This document shows positions 34,224 through 43,381 of a stretch of DNA of 64,000 nt, in pieces. A program made the translations under genes and the position numbers. The stretch is from an uncultured Gammaproteobacteria bacterium. Lineage in GTDB: Bacteria; Patescibacteriota; Patescibacteriia; UBA9934. The DNA is taken from assembly GCA_964613815.1 (NCBI GenBank), contig CAZTKG010000002.1, positions 118,299-182,298 on the forward strand. The letters run 5' to 3'. The notes under the pieces are model-generated. The model made no database searches. It saw only the letters and a program-made list of their open reading frames with translations, and had not been told where the DNA came from. Position 1 is the stretch's first letter, and every line of letters starts with the position of its first letter.

Positions 34224-35831
34224 ATGACTGATGGTGCTTTAGGTGCTTCTTCTTCACGTCGGCCTCGGCCGGCGGTGCTTATGGTTATTGATGGGTTTGG
34301 GGTTGCGCCAGATAGTGAGGGGAATGCGGTGACGCGGGCGAAGATGCCTGTTTTTGATGAATTGACGAAGCGGTATCCGGTTGTGACGCTTAGGGCCAGT
34401 GGAGAGACGGTTGGTTTGATGTGGGGGGAGATGGGTAATAGTGAGGTTGGGCATTTGACGATTGGGGCTGGGCGGGTGTATTACCAGGCGTTGCCTCGGA
34501 TTGAGCGGGCTGTGAAGGATAAGAGTTTGTTTGAAAATGAGTCTTTGGTTGAGGCGATGGAGCATGCGAAAAAAGGCGGGGGGACACTGCATTTGATGGG
34601 GATCATGTCTTCCGGGAAGGTTCATGGGTATAATTCGCATTGTTATGCTGTTTTGGAGATGGCGAAGCAGATGAAGGTGAAGAAGGTGGTGATTCATGCG
34701 ATTTTGGATGGGCGGGATACGCTTTATAATTCTGGGATGGATTTTTTGGTGGAGCTTAATCAGAAAATGGATGAGATTGGGGTTGGAGTGATTGGGAGTT
34801 TGAGCGGGCGGTATTTTGCGATGGATCGGGATAATCGGTGGGATCGGGTTGAGAAGGCGTATAACGCGATTGCGCTTGGGCAGAGTGCGGAGCAGTTTGA
34901 GGATGCGATTGAGGCGGTGAAGGCTTCTTATGCGAAGGAAGTTTATGATGAGGAGTTTGTGCCGGTTGTGATGACGAAAAAAGGAAAGCCGGTTGGGACG
35001 GTAGAGGCTGGGGATGCGATGGTGTTTTTTAACTATCGACCAGATCGGGCGCGGCAGATTACGAAGGCGTTTTGTTTGCCGAGTTTTGATAAGTTTTCTC
35101 GGGAGTTTATTCCAGAGGTGTATATGGCGACGTTTGGGGAGTATGAGGCTGGGTTGCCGGTTCATGTGGTGTTTCCGCCGACGAAGATTAAGAATTGTTT
35201 GGCCGAGGTGCTGTCAAATGCGGGGCTTGTGCAGCTTCATATTGCCGAGACGGAGAAGTATGCGCATGTGACGTTTTTTATGAATGGGACGCGGGAGGAG
35301 CCTTATCCGAATGAGGATCGGGAGATCATTCCTTCGCCGAAAGTGCCGAGCTATGATCAGAAGCCGGAGATGAGCGCGCCGGAGATTACGGAGAAGGTTG
35401 TGTCAGAAATCAAAACCGGAAATTACGATGTGATTATTATGAACTTTGCCAATCCGGATATGGTTGGGCATACGGGGGATGTTGCGGCGACGATTAAGGG
35501 GAATGAAACGGTGGATGCGTGTGTGGGGAAGATTGTGGAGGCGGTTTTGGCGGCGGATGGAGTGCTTTTTATCACAGCGGATCATGGGAATGGGGAGGAG
35601 GTTTCGAATTTGCAGACGGGGGATGTGGATAAGGAGCATAGTACGAATCCGGTTCCGTTCTATATAATAGGAAAACAGTATGAAGGGCATCCTGGTATGG
35701 CTGGTGATGTGCCGAATGGGGATCTTTCGTTTATGCCGCCGATTGGAATTTTGGCGGATGTGGCTCCGACGATGTTGAAGGTGCTTGGGATTGAGCAACC
35801 GCCTGAGATGACGGGGACGCCGTTAATTTGA
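34224..35831 (+). CDS. gpmI: 2,3-bisphosphoglycerate-independent phosphoglycerate mutase
   Basis: iPGM motifs VLMVIDGFG, the catalytic Ser region GNSEVGHL and the metal-binding C-terminal domain (ADHGN). Confidence 0.85.
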   Translation: MTDGALGASSSRRPRPAVLMVIDGFGVAPDSEGNAVTRAKMPVFDELTKRYPVVTLRASGETVGLMWGEMGNSEVGHLTIGAGRVYYQALPRIERAVKDKSLFENESLVEAMEHAKKGGGTLHLMGIMSSGKVHGYNSHCYAVLEMAKQMKVKKVVIHAILDGRDTLYNSGMDFLVELNQKMDEIGVGVIGSLSGRYFAMDRDNRWDRVEKAYNAIALGQSAEQFEDAIEAVKASYAKEVYDEEFVPVVMTKKGKPVGTVEAGDAMVFFNYRPDRARQITKAFCLPSFDKFSREFIPEVYMATFGEYEAGLPVHVVFPPTKIKNCLAEVLSNAGLVQLHIAETEKYAHVTFFMNGTREEPYPNEDREIIPSPKVPSYDQKPEMSAPEITEKVVSEIKTGNYDVIIMNFANPDMVGHTGDVAATIKGNETVDACVGKIVEAVLAADGVLFITADHGNGEEVSNLQTGDVDKEHSTNPVPFYIIGKQYEGHPGMAGDVPNGDLSFMPPIGILADVAPTMLKVLGIEQPPEMTGTPLI

Positions 35832-35847
35832 TAATGACTATAATTTT

Positions 35848-36744
35848 ATGGGGGATGAACAGCACGTTGCGCCTGAAGCGCAGCCGGCTCCTGGGAAGAG
35901 TACTTCTGTTGCTGTGCATAGCAGTGGTGGAAAAGGGTTTTTGATTTCGACGGTTGTTTTGGCGGTATTGCTTTGTGGCGCTGTGGCGTTTGCACTTATT
36001 ATGAGCATGAAGGCTGGTGAAGCGGATGAGCATGTGGATATTTGGGAAGGGCAGGCGCAGGTTTGTGAGTTTGAGCTTGGGGAGTGTATGGCGACGGTGG
36101 ATGAGATGGAGAGTGAGGAGGATGAAGTTGAGGCGTTTATGACGTTTGATGGTGGTGAGGTGGTTTTGGATACGGAAGCTGATGCGAAAACATTGACGAT
36201 CGGTGCTTATAATGATGCGCGGTATGACTGTATGGCGATTGATCCGTTTGGCGCGACGTATGCCATGGGGGTAGATGGATTGGCGGATGAGGCGACGGTG
36301 GAAGGTATTGCTGGATTTACGGATGCTTCGGAGAGTCTTTTGATTAATCTCCAAGGGTTGATGGAGCAGCATGATTATTTGAATGCTGGAAGTCTTTGTC
36401 GGCATCAAGATGTGTTGTATGTGACGCTTGGGAATAATCGACATGTGGGGATCTTTAAGGCTGATATGAGTGAGGCGGGAGAAGTGACGGCATTGAAGCG
36501 ACTAGGAGGTTGGTTTGAGCAGTGGTATGGATCTGATGGGATGTATTTTGGAGGACCTGGGGATGAGGTTGCGTATGCACAGGTCTATGCGGATGCGGGC
36601 GCGTCTCAGTGGCGGGTATGGGCGTATGATGCGGATACAGGGGTTTATGATTTGATTGAGTCTTGTGGTCAGAATAATCCAGACTTGGTAGAAGGGCCGT
36701 ATGTTGAATGTGCTCGTGAGTATGTCCGCAATGAGGTAGAGTAG
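35848..36744 (+). CDS. Hypothetical membrane-anchored acidic protein (298 aa)
   Basis: One TM helix (FLISTVVLAVLLCGAVAFALIM), an acidic extracytoplasmic domain with Cys pairs, and a good downstream terminator. Confidence 0.45.
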   Translation: MGDEQHVAPEAQPAPGKSTSVAVHSSGGKGFLISTVVLAVLLCGAVAFALIMSMKAGEADEHVDIWEGQAQVCEFELGECMATVDEMESEEDEVEAFMTFDGGEVVLDTEADAKTLTIGAYNDARYDCMAIDPFGATYAMGVDGLADEATVEGIAGFTDASESLLINLQGLMEQHDYLNAGSLCRHQDVLYVTLGNNRHVGIFKADMSEAGEVTALKRLGGWFEQWYGSDGMYFGGPGDEVAYAQVYADAGASQWRVWAYDADTGVYDLIESCGQNNPDLVEGPYVECAREYVRNEVE

Positions 36745-36762
36745 ATTAATATTTGTTATGAT

Positions 36763-36790
36763 GAGGCGACCTGAGAGGGTCGTCTTTTTT
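36763..36790 (+). terminator. Rho-independent terminator GGCGACC-TGAGAG-GGTCGTC-TTTTTT
   Basis: Sequence inspection. Confidence 0.7.
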
Positions 36791-36794
36791 GTAT

Positions 36795-36864
36795 CCCATC
36801 TCGAGCGCAGTCGCGAGATCTGATGGCGGCAGGGTTGCAAGATCTCTCCACAAGGTCGAGATGG
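36795..36864. repeat. RPE-like palindromic element (full copy), intergenic upstream of nth
   Basis: TCCCATCTCGAGCGCAGTCGCGAGATCTGATGGCGGCAGGGTTGCAAGATCTCTCCACAAGGTCGAGATGG. Confidence 0.8.
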
Positions 36865-36887
36865 CAATGAGATGAGTAGTTTGATTT

Positions 36888-37640
36888 ATGACAAAGCGCG
36901 AAGAAAACATTAGACAAATTTTAGCGGTTTTGAAAAAGCGTTGGCCTACGCCTGGAGCGATGGAGATTGGGAATGCGTATATGGCGGTGGTGGCAGTTGC
37001 GCTTAGTGCTCGGACGCGGGATGAGCAGGTTTTGAAGTTGTTGCCGCGGTTTTTTGGGGTGTATCCGACACCTTTGGCGTTATCAAAAGCGACGCCTGAG
37101 GAGATTGAGGGGTACATTAACACGATCGGGATGTATCGGCAGAAGGCGCGGAATTTGCAGAAGATGGCGGTGCGGGTTTGTGAAGTTTATGATGGGAAGA
37201 TTCCTGGTAATATGGAGGATTTGACATCGCTTGCGGGGGTTGGGCGGAAGACAGCGAGTGTGATTTTGCCGTATATTTTTGGGAAGCCGGCGATTGCGGT
37301 GGATACGCATGTGCATCGGGTGACGAATCGGCTTGGATGGGTGAAGACGCAAATGCCGGCGGAGACGGAGAAGGCGCTTTTGAAGATTGTGCCGGAGGAT
37401 GTGCATCCGACGGTGAATCGGGTGTTTGTGAAGCATGGGCGGTATGTCTGTATTTCGAAGCCTCGATGTTGGGCGTGTCCGGTGCGGGATATGTGTCCGT
37501 TTGCGGAGAAGAATTTGGTGGAGCCGAAGGATGCTGAGGAGATTTTGGTGGATATTGAGCGGAGGGAGGAGGTGGTTCAGCGGCTTCGGGAGGGGGTTGA
37601 GGTCCCATCTCGACCGAATGAAGTGAGTGGAGAGATCTGA
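36888..37640 (+). CDS. nth: Endonuclease III (DNA-(apurinic or apyrimidinic site) lyase)
   Basis: HhH-GPD motif (LTSLAGVGRKTASVIL), catalytic Asp (AVDTHVHRV) and the 4Fe-4S cluster C-x6-C-x2-C-x5-C. The last 12 codons come from an RPE element. Confidence 0.85.
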   Translation: MTKREENIRQILAVLKKRWPTPGAMEIGNAYMAVVAVALSARTRDEQVLKLLPRFFGVYPTPLALSKATPEEIEGYINTIGMYRQKARNLQKMAVRVCEVYDGKIPGNMEDLTSLAGVGRKTASVILPYIFGKPAIAVDTHVHRVTNRLGWVKTQMPAETEKALLKIVPEDVHPTVNRVFVKHGRYVCISKPRCWACPVRDMCPFAEKNLVEPKDAEEILVDIERREEVVQRLREGVEVPSRPNEVSGEI

Positions 37641-37707
37641 TTATGGTGGGGATGAAGGGGTGGACGACGGGAGGATTGCAAGATCTCTCCACAAGGTCGA
37701 GATGGGG
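37603..37707. repeat. RPE-like palindromic element (full, 105 bp); left arm supplies the C-terminus and stop of nth, right arm + T-run acts as terminator
   Basis: TCCCATCTCGACCGAATGAAGTGAGTGGAGAGATCTGA...CAAGATCTCTCCACAAGGTCGAGATGGGGA followed by GGGGTTTTTTT. Confidence 0.8.
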
Positions 37708-37722
37708 ATGAGGGGTTTTTTT

Positions 37723-37758
37723 ATTTCGAATAGATCCTTCACTTTGTTCTGGATGACA
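37723..37758. promoter_or_regulatory. Conserved motif TATTTCGAATAGATCCTTCAC-N8-GGATGACA (copy 3 of 3), followed by TATACT -10-like box at 37779
   Basis: It matches the copies at 5649 and 25347. Confidence 0.4.
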
Positions 37759-37790
37759 ATGAGAGGGGGGTGGTGTGTTATACTTTTTGC

Positions 37791-37889
37791 ATGAAAAAAC
37801 AAACAGGGTTTCAGAAATTTGTTGCGGTCGTGGCGCTTCTGGTGATGGTTAGTATGGTTGTGATGACGTTTGCGGTTGGATTGTTTTGA
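37791..37889 (+). CDS. Possible 32-aa hydrophobic micropeptide (MKKQTGFQKFVAVVALLVMVSMVVMTFAVGLF) directly upstream of recJ
   Basis: The ATG follows a TATACT box. It has a single TM helix, and its stop overlaps the recJ start region. Confidence 0.2.
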   Translation: MKKQTGFQKFVAVVALLVMVSMVVMTFAVGLF

Positions 37890-37893
37890 TATG

Positions 37894-39591
37894 GCAATAT
37901 GGACGGTGGCGGAGAAGGTTTCGGAGGATTTAGTTGATCAGCTTTTGCATAATCGTGGGGTTGCGGCAGATGATCGGGCGGCGTTTATGGCGCCTGATTA
38001 TGCGACTGGGACGCACGATCCTTTTTTATTTACGCGGATGGAAGAGGCGGCGCGGCGGGTTTTTGAGGCGCTTAGGAATAAGGAGCGGATTGTGATTCAT
38101 GGGGATTATGATGCGGATGGGGTTTGTGGGGCGAGTGTGCTTTATTTGGCGCTTTTGGAGATTCGGGATCGTATTCCGCTCGATGGGCCGTTTGAGGGTT
38201 TGATTGAGGTGTTTTTGCCGGATCGGGAAGAGGATGGGTATGGGATTGCGGAGCATACGATTCGGCGATTTGGGGAGGAGAAGCGGGATTTGGTGATTAC
38301 GGTGGATTGCGGGATTTCTAATGCGGATGAGTTGGATTTGGCGGGAGAGCTTGGGATGGATGTGATTGTTTGTGATCATCATCAGCTTGGAGAACGACTT
38401 CCTGAGAAGGCGATGCTTATTCATCCGTTGGTGCCTGGAGAGGATTATCCGAATAAGACGCTTTGTGGGACGGGAGTGGCGTTTAAGCTTGTGAGTGGGG
38501 TGTTTGAGATTGCGCGACGGGAGGGGATTGATTTTGTTGTTGGGCATGAGAAATGGTATTTGGATTTTGTAGCGGTGGCGACTGTGACGGATGTGATGCC
38601 GCTTGTGGGGGAGAATCGGGTTTTGGAGAAATATGGACTTGTGGTTTTGAATAAGACGCAGAGGCCAGGACTTTTGGAGATTTTGCGGACAGCGAAAGTT
38701 GAGCCTGGGGGGATAGATACGCAAACGATTGGGTTTCAGATTGGGCCGCGTTTGAATGCTGCGGGGCGGCTTGGGTCGGCGAAGATGGCGTTTTTGACGT
38801 TGGTTGCGGAGGATCATGAGGAGGCGGCTGTGCATGCGGATGCTTTGGATGAGATTAATAAGGAGCGGCGGCGGATTAGTGATTCGATGTTTCGGCAGGC
38901 ACGGAATATTGTGAAGGCGCGTGAGGATCAGAAGTCGGTGACGGTGGTTTGGGATCATGATTGGAAGCCTGGTGTTGTGGGGATTATTGCGGGGAAACTT
39001 GTGCGGGAGTTTGGGGCGCCGGCGTTTGTGCTTACGCGAAGTGGGGATCATTTTGTGGGATCTGGTCGGAGTATGGGAGGAATGCATCTTGTGGAGGCGA
39101 TGCGGTCGTGTGGGGATATTTTTATGAAGGCTGGTGGGCATCCGCAGGCTTGTGGGTTGTCTATTGCTGATGAAGATCAGCTGCGGCTGTTTGCTGATCG
39201 GGTAGACGCGTTTGGGAGGGAGTATTTTGGGGAGATTGGGCCTGTGGATGAGCTTTTGATTGATGCGGAGGTGCGTGTGCAGGATTTGGGATGGGACTTG
39301 CATGGGGATGTGATGAGTTTGGCGCCGTTTGGGCAAGGGAATCGGTTACCGAAGTTTTTGGTGCGAGGGGTGCAGGTGGTGGAATCTCGAAAGATTGGGG
39401 CAACGGAGCGGCATTTGAAAATGGCGATTCGAGATGATGTTGGGTCTCGACTTGAAATGATTGGGTTTGGGTTTGGTTCGCGGTATGATGAAGCGAAGCC
39501 TGGGGCTGTGCTTGATATGGTGATGGAACTTGATGTGAATGAATGGAATGGGAGGCGGAGTTTGCAGGGAAGAATTATTGATTTTCGATAA
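37894..39591 (+). CDS. recJ: Single-stranded-DNA-specific exonuclease RecJ
   Basis: DHH motifs (HGDYDADG, VITVDCG, DHH at VIVCDHHQ) and the DHHA1 domain (GGHPQACG). TTG 37870 is an alternative start. Confidence 0.85.
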   Translation, partial: AIWTVAEKVSEDLVDQLLHNRGVAADDRAAFMAPDYATGTHDPFLFTRMEEAARRVFEALRNKERIVIHGDYDADGVCGASVLYLALLEIRDRIPLDGPFEGLIEVFLPDREEDGYGIAEHTIRRFGEEKRDLVITVDCGISNADELDLAGELGMDVIVCDHHQLGERLPEKAMLIHPLVPGEDYPNKTLCGTGVAFKLVSGVFEIARREGIDFVVGHEKWYLDFVAVATVTDVMPLVGENRVLEKYGLVVLNKTQRPGLLEILRTAKVEPGGIDTQTIGFQIGPRLNAAGRLGSAKMAFLTLVAEDHEEAAVHADALDEINKERRRISDSMFRQARNIVKAREDQKSVTVVWDHDWKPGVVGIIAGKLVREFGAPAFVLTRSGDHFVGSGRSMGGMHLVEAMRSCGDIFMKAGGHPQACGLSIADEDQLRLFADRVDAFGREYFGEIGPVDELLIDAEVRVQDLGWDLHGDVMSLAPFGQGNRLPKFLVRGVQVVESRKIGATERHLKMAIRDDVGSRLEMIGFGFGSRYDEAKPGAVLDMVMELDVNEWNGRRSLQGRIIDFR

Positions 39592-39592
39592 T

Positions 39593-40015
39593 ATGAAAGC
39601 AATTATGTATGCAGATGGAGGGTCTCGGGGGAATCCTGGGCCTGCCGGGAGTGGAGCGGTGATTTTTGATTATTCTGATGGAGTGCGCGGAGAGGTTTTG
39701 GGGGAGGTGGCTCGATATATTGGAAAAGATACGAATAACCAGGCGGAGTATAAGGCGATTGTGTTTGGGCTTGCGGAGGCGCTTGAGCTTGGGGTTACTG
39801 ATCTTGAAGTTCGATTGGATAGTCAGCTTGCGGTGAAGCAGATCAATGGGGAGTATCGTGTGAAGAATCCGGGGATTGCGGAGCGGTTTTTGGAGGTGAA
39901 GAATTTGATTGTGAAGTTTGAGCGGATTCGGTTTGAGCATGTGCGGCGGGAGAAGAATGTGGAGGCGGATGCGCTTGTGAATAAGGCGATTGATGCGGCT
40001 TTGGGGAAGGTATGA
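39593..40015 (+). CDS. rnhA: Ribonuclease H (type 1, compact archaeal/actinobacterial-like form)
   Basis: The catalytic DEDD residues lie in YADGGSRGNPG...NNQAEYKAIV...D. 140 aa, and the start directly abuts the recJ stop. Confidence 0.75.
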   Translation: MKAIMYADGGSRGNPGPAGSGAVIFDYSDGVRGEVLGEVARYIGKDTNNQAEYKAIVFGLAEALELGVTDLEVRLDSQLAVKQINGEYRVKNPGIAERFLEVKNLIVKFERIRFEHVRREKNVEADALVNKAIDAALGKV

Positions 40016-40509
40016 CATTCGGTGAAATAGCTGAAGATTTGCTTGTTATGATGCGGGATGATCAAGAGATGCGGAAGCGTGTGATTAATGGCGGAGATTT
40101 TGATTCGTCGCTAGATGTGGGGCATACGAATCGTTTGAAGAAGATTGTAGAAGATATTGGATGGCCGACAATTTCTAAGGTTGGAGAGGAGGCTTCTCAT
40201 GCTGCATGGCTTCTTGTTCAGCATGCTGATATTGATGTGGATTTTCAAAAATTATGTTTGGAAATGATGCGAGATGTTTCATCTGGAGAGATTCAAGTTA
40301 TAGAGCTTGCGTTTTTGGAGGATCGTGTACGGGTTAATGAAGAGCGGGATCAGTTATTTGGCACGCAGTTTTATCTTGATGATGCAACTGGTCTTTTTGG
40401 GCCTCGTTCGATCGAGAACATTGATGGACTTGATGATCGTCGGGCGCAATTTGGACTCGGACCGTTTGCTGATTATCGAGATTCGATGATCGCGAAGTAT
40501 GGTTCGTAG
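40012..40509 (+). CDS. Hypothetical protein (165 aa)
   Basis: Its ATGA overlaps the rnhA stop. No motif recognised. Confidence 0.4.
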   Translation: MTFGEIAEDLLVMMRDDQEMRKRVINGGDFDSSLDVGHTNRLKKIVEDIGWPTISKVGEEASHAAWLLVQHADIDVDFQKLCLEMMRDVSSGEIQVIELAFLEDRVRVNEERDQLFGTQFYLDDATGLFGPRSIENIDGLDDRRAQFGLGPFADYRDSMIAKYGS

Positions 40510-40528
40510 TGTGGTATAATCAAGTCAA

Positions 40529-41686
40529 TTGCTTATGGGACTATTTGGAAAAAAGACGTCCGCTGCTCCGGGGCTCATTGGGGTTGATATTGGGACTGGA
40601 GGGATGAAGTGTGTGGAGCTTGTTCCGGAATCGGGGAAGCTGCGTTTGCGCACGTATGGGTTTTCTGAAGAGAAAAATCCGGCACTTGATGATGCGCCGC
40701 TTTTGAGTGATCCGAAACGGGCGGCTGCGGTACTTTCGGCGATTATTAAGAAGTCAGGTATGAAGACGCGACGGGCGAATGCGTCTTTGCAAAGTCATGA
40801 AGTATTTCATGCGATTATTACGATTCCACAGCCTCGGACGGCAAAAGAAGATATTAAGCCGATGATTGAGACGCAGGTGAAGAAGGTGTTGCCGCAACCG
40901 ATTGATGAGATGATTTTGGATTCCACCGTTATTGATCAGGATTTGATGCCTAAAGCGCCGAAAAAAGATCACGATAAAAAAGGAGATGAGGCAGGTGAGA
41001 AGAAGAAAGGAGACGCGGTTTCTGCTTCGGAGATGGTTCACGATCGGAAGCATGTTCGTGTGCTTGTGAGTGGGGCGCCAAAGACGATTGTTCAGTCCTA
41101 TGTAGATACGTTTAAGATTGCAAAAATTGATTTGGCTTCGCTTGAGACTGAGGCATTTGCATTGATTCGGTCGCTTATTGGGAATGATAAGTCTCGGATC
41201 ATGATTGTTGATATTGGATTTAATCGGACGAATATTTCTATTGTGCATCAAGGAGTTCCGTTTTTGCATCGTAGTGTTCGGGCTGGTGGGTCGAACATGA
41301 CGAAAATGATCTCTGAGAAAATGGGGGTGAGTTTGGAAGAGGCTGAGCAGACGAAGCGAGATTTTGCTGTTCTTGAAAATGGAGATGAAGTCCCGGAAGT
41401 GTTCGCAAAGGCAATGCAGCCTATTCTGCATGAGATTACCTACTCGCTGCAGCTTTATGCGCAGCAAGATTTTCACGTTCATCAAATGGTTGAGAAGATT
41501 GTTTTAACTGGTGGATCGGCAACGCTTCCGCAGATTCGTCCATTTCTTTCTCAGGCGCTCGATATTAATGTCTATTTAGGAAATCCTTGGGCTCGGGTTG
41601 GTGTTCCATCGGGAATGGATGCGGTACTCGCAGAGAACGGTGCGCGGTTTTCTGTGGCCATTGGATTAGGGATGAAGAAGAAATGA
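40529..41686 (+). CDS. pilM: Type IV pilus assembly protein PilM (actin-like ATPase fold)
   Basis: N-terminal GLIGVDIGTGGMKCVEL and an ASKHA fold. It lies in a cluster with a pilin and the prepilin peptidase. Confidence 0.75.
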   Translation: MLMGLFGKKTSAAPGLIGVDIGTGGMKCVELVPESGKLRLRTYGFSEEKNPALDDAPLLSDPKRAAAVLSAIIKKSGMKTRRANASLQSHEVFHAIITIPQPRTAKEDIKPMIETQVKKVLPQPIDEMILDSTVIDQDLMPKAPKKDHDKKGDEAGEKKKGDAVSASEMVHDRKHVRVLVSGAPKTIVQSYVDTFKIAKIDLASLETEAFALIRSLIGNDKSRIMIVDIGFNRTNISIVHQGVPFLHRSVRAGGSNMTKMISEKMGVSLEEAEQTKRDFAVLENGDEVPEVFAKAMQPILHEITYSLQLYAQQDFHVHQMVEKIVLTGGSATLPQIRPFLSQALDINVYLGNPWARVGVPSGMDAVLAENGARFSVAIGLGMKKK

Positions 41687-41687
41687 T

Positions 41688-42062
41688 ATGTCTATGCCGT
41701 CAATTGCTATTGTTGCAAAAGATCAGTATTTGGCTGGTATTTATGGAAGAAAGTTTGAAAATGACGGTTGGGAAGTTGAGGTTTCGGAGAGTTTTGATGA
41801 GGGGCGACGAAAGGCTTCTCGTATGCGTCCTTCTGTAATGCTTCTTGACGTGGATTGTGTTGAGGATGCACCGAAAACAATTCGTGCGCTGAAGGCAATG
41901 CCGACGCTTTTTCGAACAAAGATTGTAGCGGTTGCACAGAATGGTTGTAGATTACAGATTGGGGCTGTGCGGGATGCGGGCGCGGAGACGTATTTGGTTT
42001 TAGGTCATTTTGTCCCGCGTGAAGCGGTTGCTAAGATGCGTAATTTGTTACAAGAATCTTGA
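41688..42062 (+). CDS. Receiver-like (CheY-fold) single-domain protein, possibly degenerate (PilH-like position)
   Basis: 124 aa with a (beta-alpha)5-like pattern and VMLLDVD at the phospho-acceptor position, but it lacks the canonical N-terminal DD pair. Confidence 0.4.
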   Translation: MSMPSIAIVAKDQYLAGIYGRKFENDGWEVEVSESFDEGRRKASRMRPSVMLLDVDCVEDAPKTIRALKAMPTLFRTKIVAVAQNGCRLQIGAVRDAGAETYLVLGHFVPREAVAKMRNLLQES

Positions 42063-42065
42063 TGT

Positions 42066-42575
42066 ATGTTTGATCAAAAAGGGGTTTCAAAAATTGAATT
42101 ATTGGTGATTGTCGGGATCGTGGGTCTTTTAGGTGTTCTTGCAATGTATGCCGTTTTATATGCGCGTTCTCAGGCGCGAGATGCAGTGAGACTTAGTGAC
42201 GTGCGTCAAGTTCAGGCTGCTCTAGAGGTGTACTTTAATACGTTGAATTCTTATCCAGAAACGGAAGAGGTTTTGCCGCTTGGGCATTCCGCGAGTCGAT
42301 GTTTGGATGATGGAGGATTTGGATCTAGTTGTCCGGATGATTCAGTGACTTTTATGTCCATTGTTCCATCTATGCCTTCTACTGGTCTTGATGGAGAAGT
42401 TGTATGCGGCGGTGTGACAAATAGTTACTGTTATTATGGTAGCAGTATTCAATATTTTGTTGAGTTTGAACTTGAGCGAGATAATATTTTGATTGGGCTT
42501 GTAGAAGGAGTGAATTGTGCGACAGAAAATGGAGTGAAGGCAGGTGCTTGTCAGGTTAATATGGATTCTCTCTAG
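42066..42575 (+). CDS. Type IV pilin-like protein (prepilin N-terminal cleavage/methylation motif)
   Basis: QKG|VSKIELLVIVGIVGLL has the cleavage Gly, Glu at +5 and a hydrophobic helix. The C-terminal domain has Cys pairs. Confidence 0.6.
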   Translation: MFDQKGVSKIELLVIVGIVGLLGVLAMYAVLYARSQARDAVRLSDVRQVQAALEVYFNTLNSYPETEEVLPLGHSASRCLDDGGFGSSCPDDSVTFMSIVPSMPSTGLDGEVVCGGVTNSYCYYGSSIQYFVEFELERDNILIGLVEGVNCATENGVKAGACQVNMDSL

Positions 42576-42576
42576 T

Positions 42577-43368
42577 ATGTCGGTCATTTGGATGGCGCTT
42601 TTGGTTGGATTTGCTGGTGTGTTAATGGGGAGTTTTGTGAATGCTGTTATTTTCCGTTCGCAAAGTAAGGAATCGCTTTGGAGTCGGAGCAAGTGTCGGT
42701 CTTGCGCGGTTCCAATTCATCCAAAAGATTTGGTTCCTATTGTTAGTTATTTTGCTTTGAAGCGACGATGCAGGTCTTGTAAGGCGGAGATTGAATGGCA
42801 ATATCCTGTTATTGAGTTGGCCATGGGGGTCATGTTTGCGCTTTTGTATGCGCGGGTGATGTTTGGCGTTGGTATTCCTGATTTTGTTGATGACGGAGAA
42901 TTGTTTGTGCTTCTTTTGCGAGATTTGATTGCAGCGGTTTTTTTGGTCATTATTTTTGTTATTGATTTAAAATACTCGGTGATTTTGGATCGATTTAGCA
43001 TTCCTGCGCTTTTGTTTGCGCTTTTGTTGAATGTGCATTTGGGTGCTGATCCGGCGATGCTGTTGCTTGCGGGGCTTTTGATTGGAGGTTTTTTCGCGTT
43101 TCAATATATTGTTTCCAAGGGGGCATGGATTGGGGGAGGCGATGTTCGGATGGGGATGTTTATGGGATGTTTGCTTGGTGTCTGGCATGGTGTATTGGCA
43201 CTTTTTTTGGCTTACGTTATAGGGGCTATTGTCGGCTTGGTTTTGATTGCTAGGCATCGAAAGAGTTTGAAGAGTCATATTCCTTTTGGAACATTTTTGG
43301 CATTCACGACGTTTATTGTGATGATTTGGGGAGAGGATTTGTTGATTTGGTATCTGGGGCTGATTTAG
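42577..43368 (+). CDS. pilD: Prepilin peptidase (A24 family)
   Basis: Zinc-binding CRSC...CRSC tetrad and the catalytic Asp motifs (GGGDVRMG). Confidence 0.8.
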   Translation: MSVIWMALLVGFAGVLMGSFVNAVIFRSQSKESLWSRSKCRSCAVPIHPKDLVPIVSYFALKRRCRSCKAEIEWQYPVIELAMGVMFALLYARVMFGVGIPDFVDDGELFVLLLRDLIAAVFLVIIFVIDLKYSVILDRFSIPALLFALLLNVHLGADPAMLLLAGLLIGGFFAFQYIVSKGAWIGGGDVRMGMFMGCLLGVWHGVLALFLAYVIGAIVGLVLIARHRKSLKSHIPFGTFLAFTTFIVMIWGEDLLIWYLGLI

Positions 43369-43381
43369 ATACAATGCGGCC

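Noticed and set aside
1647-37707. Could the repeated ...GAGATCTCTC...GTCGAGATGGG units be a CRISPR array?
   Set aside because: Copies are scattered over 36 kb, are not regularly spaced, lie inside genes and intergenic regions alike, and are palindromic elements of variable length. No cas genes are present.
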